This document shows, piece after piece, positions 62,356-64,000 of a DNA stretch of 64,000 bases. Position 1 is the first letter of the stretch, and every line of letters starts with the position of its first letter. This stretch comes from Corallochytrium limacisporum Hawaii (taxonomy: Eukaryota > Protista > Pluriformea). The position numbers were made by a program, and so were the translations under genes. The stretch is from NCBI GenBank assembly GCA_002811645.1, contig PDIP01000047.1, forward strand, positions 5,861 to 69,860, written 5' to 3'. Under the pieces are notes generated by a model. The model was not told where the DNA came from. It did no database searches and was given only the letters and a program-made list of their open reading frames with translations.

Positions 62356-64000
62356 GGTTGAGGTTCTCCCCACTTATCACCAAACTCGGAATTTGTATGT
62401 AGACCAAGATTCAAAAAGTTTGGTTGGCAATCATCTACCCCATGGTGTCGAGTTGCAATGTGGCTATCCCTGGAGCTATCCACGCGACGTCTACTGTCCT
62501 AGGGAACTTTCCCGGGCTATGGATGATACAGACAAGACTGGAAGTTGATTCATCCCTTAATAACTGAAAACAAATTCCTTTATGACCTTCTTGATGGTCG
62601 TTGTCATCCAGGCCCGGGCAAACAAACGTGCTCACCATGTCGCGTCCCGTGGCCAAGCCTGAGCCCCCCTGGGCTCCTCGATCCGCTCCACTGCAAAAGA
62701 CAACGGCTCCCCCCGGCGAAAAACGGGTGGGTCTAATCATTTCCCGTCTCCCTCCAACGCTGGGGTTGGGTTGGTCGAAAGTGGCCGCCACGGGTTTTGG
62801 CCAGTGAGGGCCTAAATCCCTAGCCGCTCCCCCTCCCGTTTTCCCGCCAAATGATTGATTGGGTGTACACTGCCCCCATCCCCGCTCCCGCCTCTGTCAG
62901 TGGGGGCCTTATTGGGGCAAAAAAAAAAAGCCAGCGCCAATGCCCCCACCTCTGGAACGGCGAAAGTCTAAGGGAGCCACAGGGTTCCCCGCCACTTTCA
63001 TCACCCGCTCGGACCTTTGCACACGAATTGGGCCCATTGGCTGTGCGTCACTTGGAGACACACACAGACACGGCGCAGCTGGACACTGTACGCAGCAGTA
63101 CTAACAACAACAGCTTCGCGAAACTTACGTACTACTTGCTTCTGTCTGCCCACTGTGCAAAAGCCGTTCAAGATGAACACGACGGAGCTATAATTTTGAC
63201 ACCCAAAGTATATTTATAGAAGGCAAAGAACATTAAATGTATGATATTTGCATTAAGTCCGCATATACTTCAATCTCTGCAAACCAACGGGATTTTAGTC
63301 CCCAGAGGCAAGAAAGGCCAGGAACATCGTAACTACGTGAAGCAACCCTGCCCGCACTTTTAACAACGGTTAAATTCAGTAAACCCTTCACCGAACCCAC
63401 TGAGGAGCGGTCCAGTGATCCCCCCAGCCTTCCCTTCCCACTTGGCGGCAGCTGATTGAACGCGTCATTCCTCTACTGACGATGACACTGGGTTTTCATG
63501 GTGTGCTTAGCTTTGGTCTCCCCACCCCCCCTAACCTCCCCCTTCCTTCTTTCAGCCGGCCAACCGGTCCCGGGGGTCGGGGCGTAACAGTTACCAACCA
63601 AAAAAAGAGAATCTTCCCTCCCGGCCCCCCCTTTCCTTGCACGTTCGTTATGGTCAAGCGCTAGCTTCCAGTTTCCTGTTTGCACTTTCAGTACGTTGAC
63701 TATTGACAGTGGCGGTTTTCTGTCCCCCCCCCCCTCCATCCTCCCCTACCGTTCCAATCTCAATTTTTTTTGCCCTTTAGTTTCTTGCTCGCTCCTCCAA
63801 GAAAACACCAAGAACATTCTTCCTTTTTTTTTCCTTGCTCTTCATTGGGTCTCTTACGATCCAGAAGACGACGCTCCCTGTGGGCCCCGCCACGTACCCC
63901 AACAGATAGGGAGACGGTTTCTTGGATCGGAGGGGGACTTGAGCAAGTTGCAATTGGCCAGCGAGTGAGAAGGGGTGGGGGGGGGCACCAAACGAGTCGT

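Overview
Gene-dense, almost intron-free eukaryotic DNA with about 23 recognisable protein-coding genes. Animal-type genes (STAT with N-terminal domain, SH2 and activating Tyr; ZER1/ZYG11; two flotillin-2-like paralogues; BLOC1S2; ITFG1/LINKIN; VWA8; CUL1; MAK/ICK) sit beside genes animals lack (RIB2-type deaminase, class Ib aspartate aminotransferase, prokaryote-like HEXXH protein). This mix points to a unicellular holozoan; near-total intron loss would fit Corallochytrium, but that is inference. Every confidently called + strand gene is paired tail-to-tail with a - strand gene, often across a gap of only 35-67 bp. The long upstream regions carry poly-G/poly-C tracts and CnGn palindromes. The most notable element is the only coding-region intron I can see (536 nt, in VWA8). 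It has GTAAGT/TACTAAC/CAG signals, folds into a nested rod-like structure, and starts with an in-frame stop right after the AAA modules, so it is a candidate switch between full-length and AAA-only VWA8. A second candidate is an ORF-poor, structured, possibly spliced + strand locus (about 47.5-49.1 kb) head-to-head with STAT. No rRNA, tRNA, CRISPR array or transposon was recognised. There are two assembly gaps. All family assignments come from motif recognition, not database searches.
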